A stretch of 64,000 bases of DNA from Bacillota bacterium (GTDB lineage Bacteria; Patescibacteriota; Patescibacteriia; Patescibacteriales; UBA12465): contig JBLNBA010000004.1 of NCBI GenBank assembly GCA_050259635.1, positions 203,005-267,004 of the forward strand, given 5' to 3'. The translations under genes and the position numbers were made by a program. The notes below the pieces were generated by a model, which searched no databases, was not told the origin of the DNA, and saw only the letters and a program-made list of their open reading frames with translations. Below, one piece after another: positions 63,724 through 64,000 of this stretch; the stretch's first letter is position 1; the number at the start of each line of letters is the position of its first letter.

Positions 63724-64000
63724 TTATTTATTTTCCTCAACCGGAACTTCTTCCGCTTTCGGCTCTTCCACTGGAATTTCAATGGCAGTTTCTACGACCG
63801 GAGTTTCCTCAACGACCGGAGCTTCCGCTACCGGAGTTTCAACCTTCTCCGCCTTGGCAGTCTCGACCACCAGCTCGCCCTTGCCTTTGATGAGCAAAAG
63901 TCCGTCGGCAGCGCCCGGAACGGCGCCTCTTACATAAATGATATTGTTATCGGTATCGACTGAAGCGATGGTTAAGTTAGTCAAGGTTACGCGTTCATTA
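63724..64000 (-). CDS. rplC: 50S ribosomal protein L3 (uL3), C-terminal part only (the gene continues beyond the window), with a Glu/Pro/Val-rich tail
   Basis: VTLTNLTIASVDTDNNIIYVRGAVPGAADGLLLIKG is the L3 C-terminal region and sits in the expected operon position. The 5' end lies outside the window. Confidence 0.85.
   Translation of the reverse strand, partial: NERVTLTNLTIASVDTDNNIIYVRGAVPGAADGLLLIKGKGELVVETAKAEKVETPVAEAPVVEETPVVETAIEIPVEEPKAEEVPVEENK

Noticed and set aside
1-64000. Alternative genetic code (UGA recoding, as in some CPR lineages).
   Set aside because: Conserved genes (SecY, ribosomal proteins, AsnRS, PurA) are full length under the standard code. TGA also functions as a stop, for example at the end of the HxlR gene (11017-11019).

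Overview
The 64-kb window is almost entirely coding. It looks like part of a small-genome Patescibacteria/CPR-type bacterium. That is an inference from four things: an S10-spc ribosomal cluster with no room for L30; many single-TM and DUF-type small proteins; a DUF5671-like protein; and Lys/Ala/Glu/Pro-rich tails on ribosomal proteins and RpoD. Layout: 0-15 kb holds housekeeping and transport genes (RlmH, MFS transporter behind a terminator-containing leader, ZnuABC/TroA-type metal importer, membrane metallophosphoesterase, PIN-PhoH ATPase, ABC-F, DUF378, HxlR plus flavodoxin-like reductase, SIMPL, Nramp, MscL). 15-20 kb holds a 1527-aa orphan protein and a 131-aa partner. 21-40 kb is a compositionally patchy, AT-rich accessory region, interrupted by PyrF-PRTase and PurA. 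tRNA-Asn(GUU) lies at 40.3 kb. 40.5-64 kb is conserved core, all on the minus strand (rpoD-dnaG, GtrA, DacA-like, ScpAB, AsnRS, archaeal-type AspRS, RecO, RuvX, Map, DUF475, SecY and 19 ribosomal protein genes; L3 is truncated by the window edge). I saw no rRNA, CRISPR array, transposase, integrase, reverse transcriptase or recognisable named defence system. The best candidate for something undescribed is a three-copy family of membrane proteins (one copy frame-disrupted). They share a double DPxTG juxtamembrane module and 2-3 C-terminal beta-type repeats, and their whole promoter/5'UTR cassettes are duplicated. They are embedded with other envelope genes, a tandemly duplicated 291-aa membrane-anchored gene cassette and a small orphan cluster in an AT-rich island that abuts the 3' side of tRNA-Asn. 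All functional calls come from by-eye motif recognition; no database search was possible.
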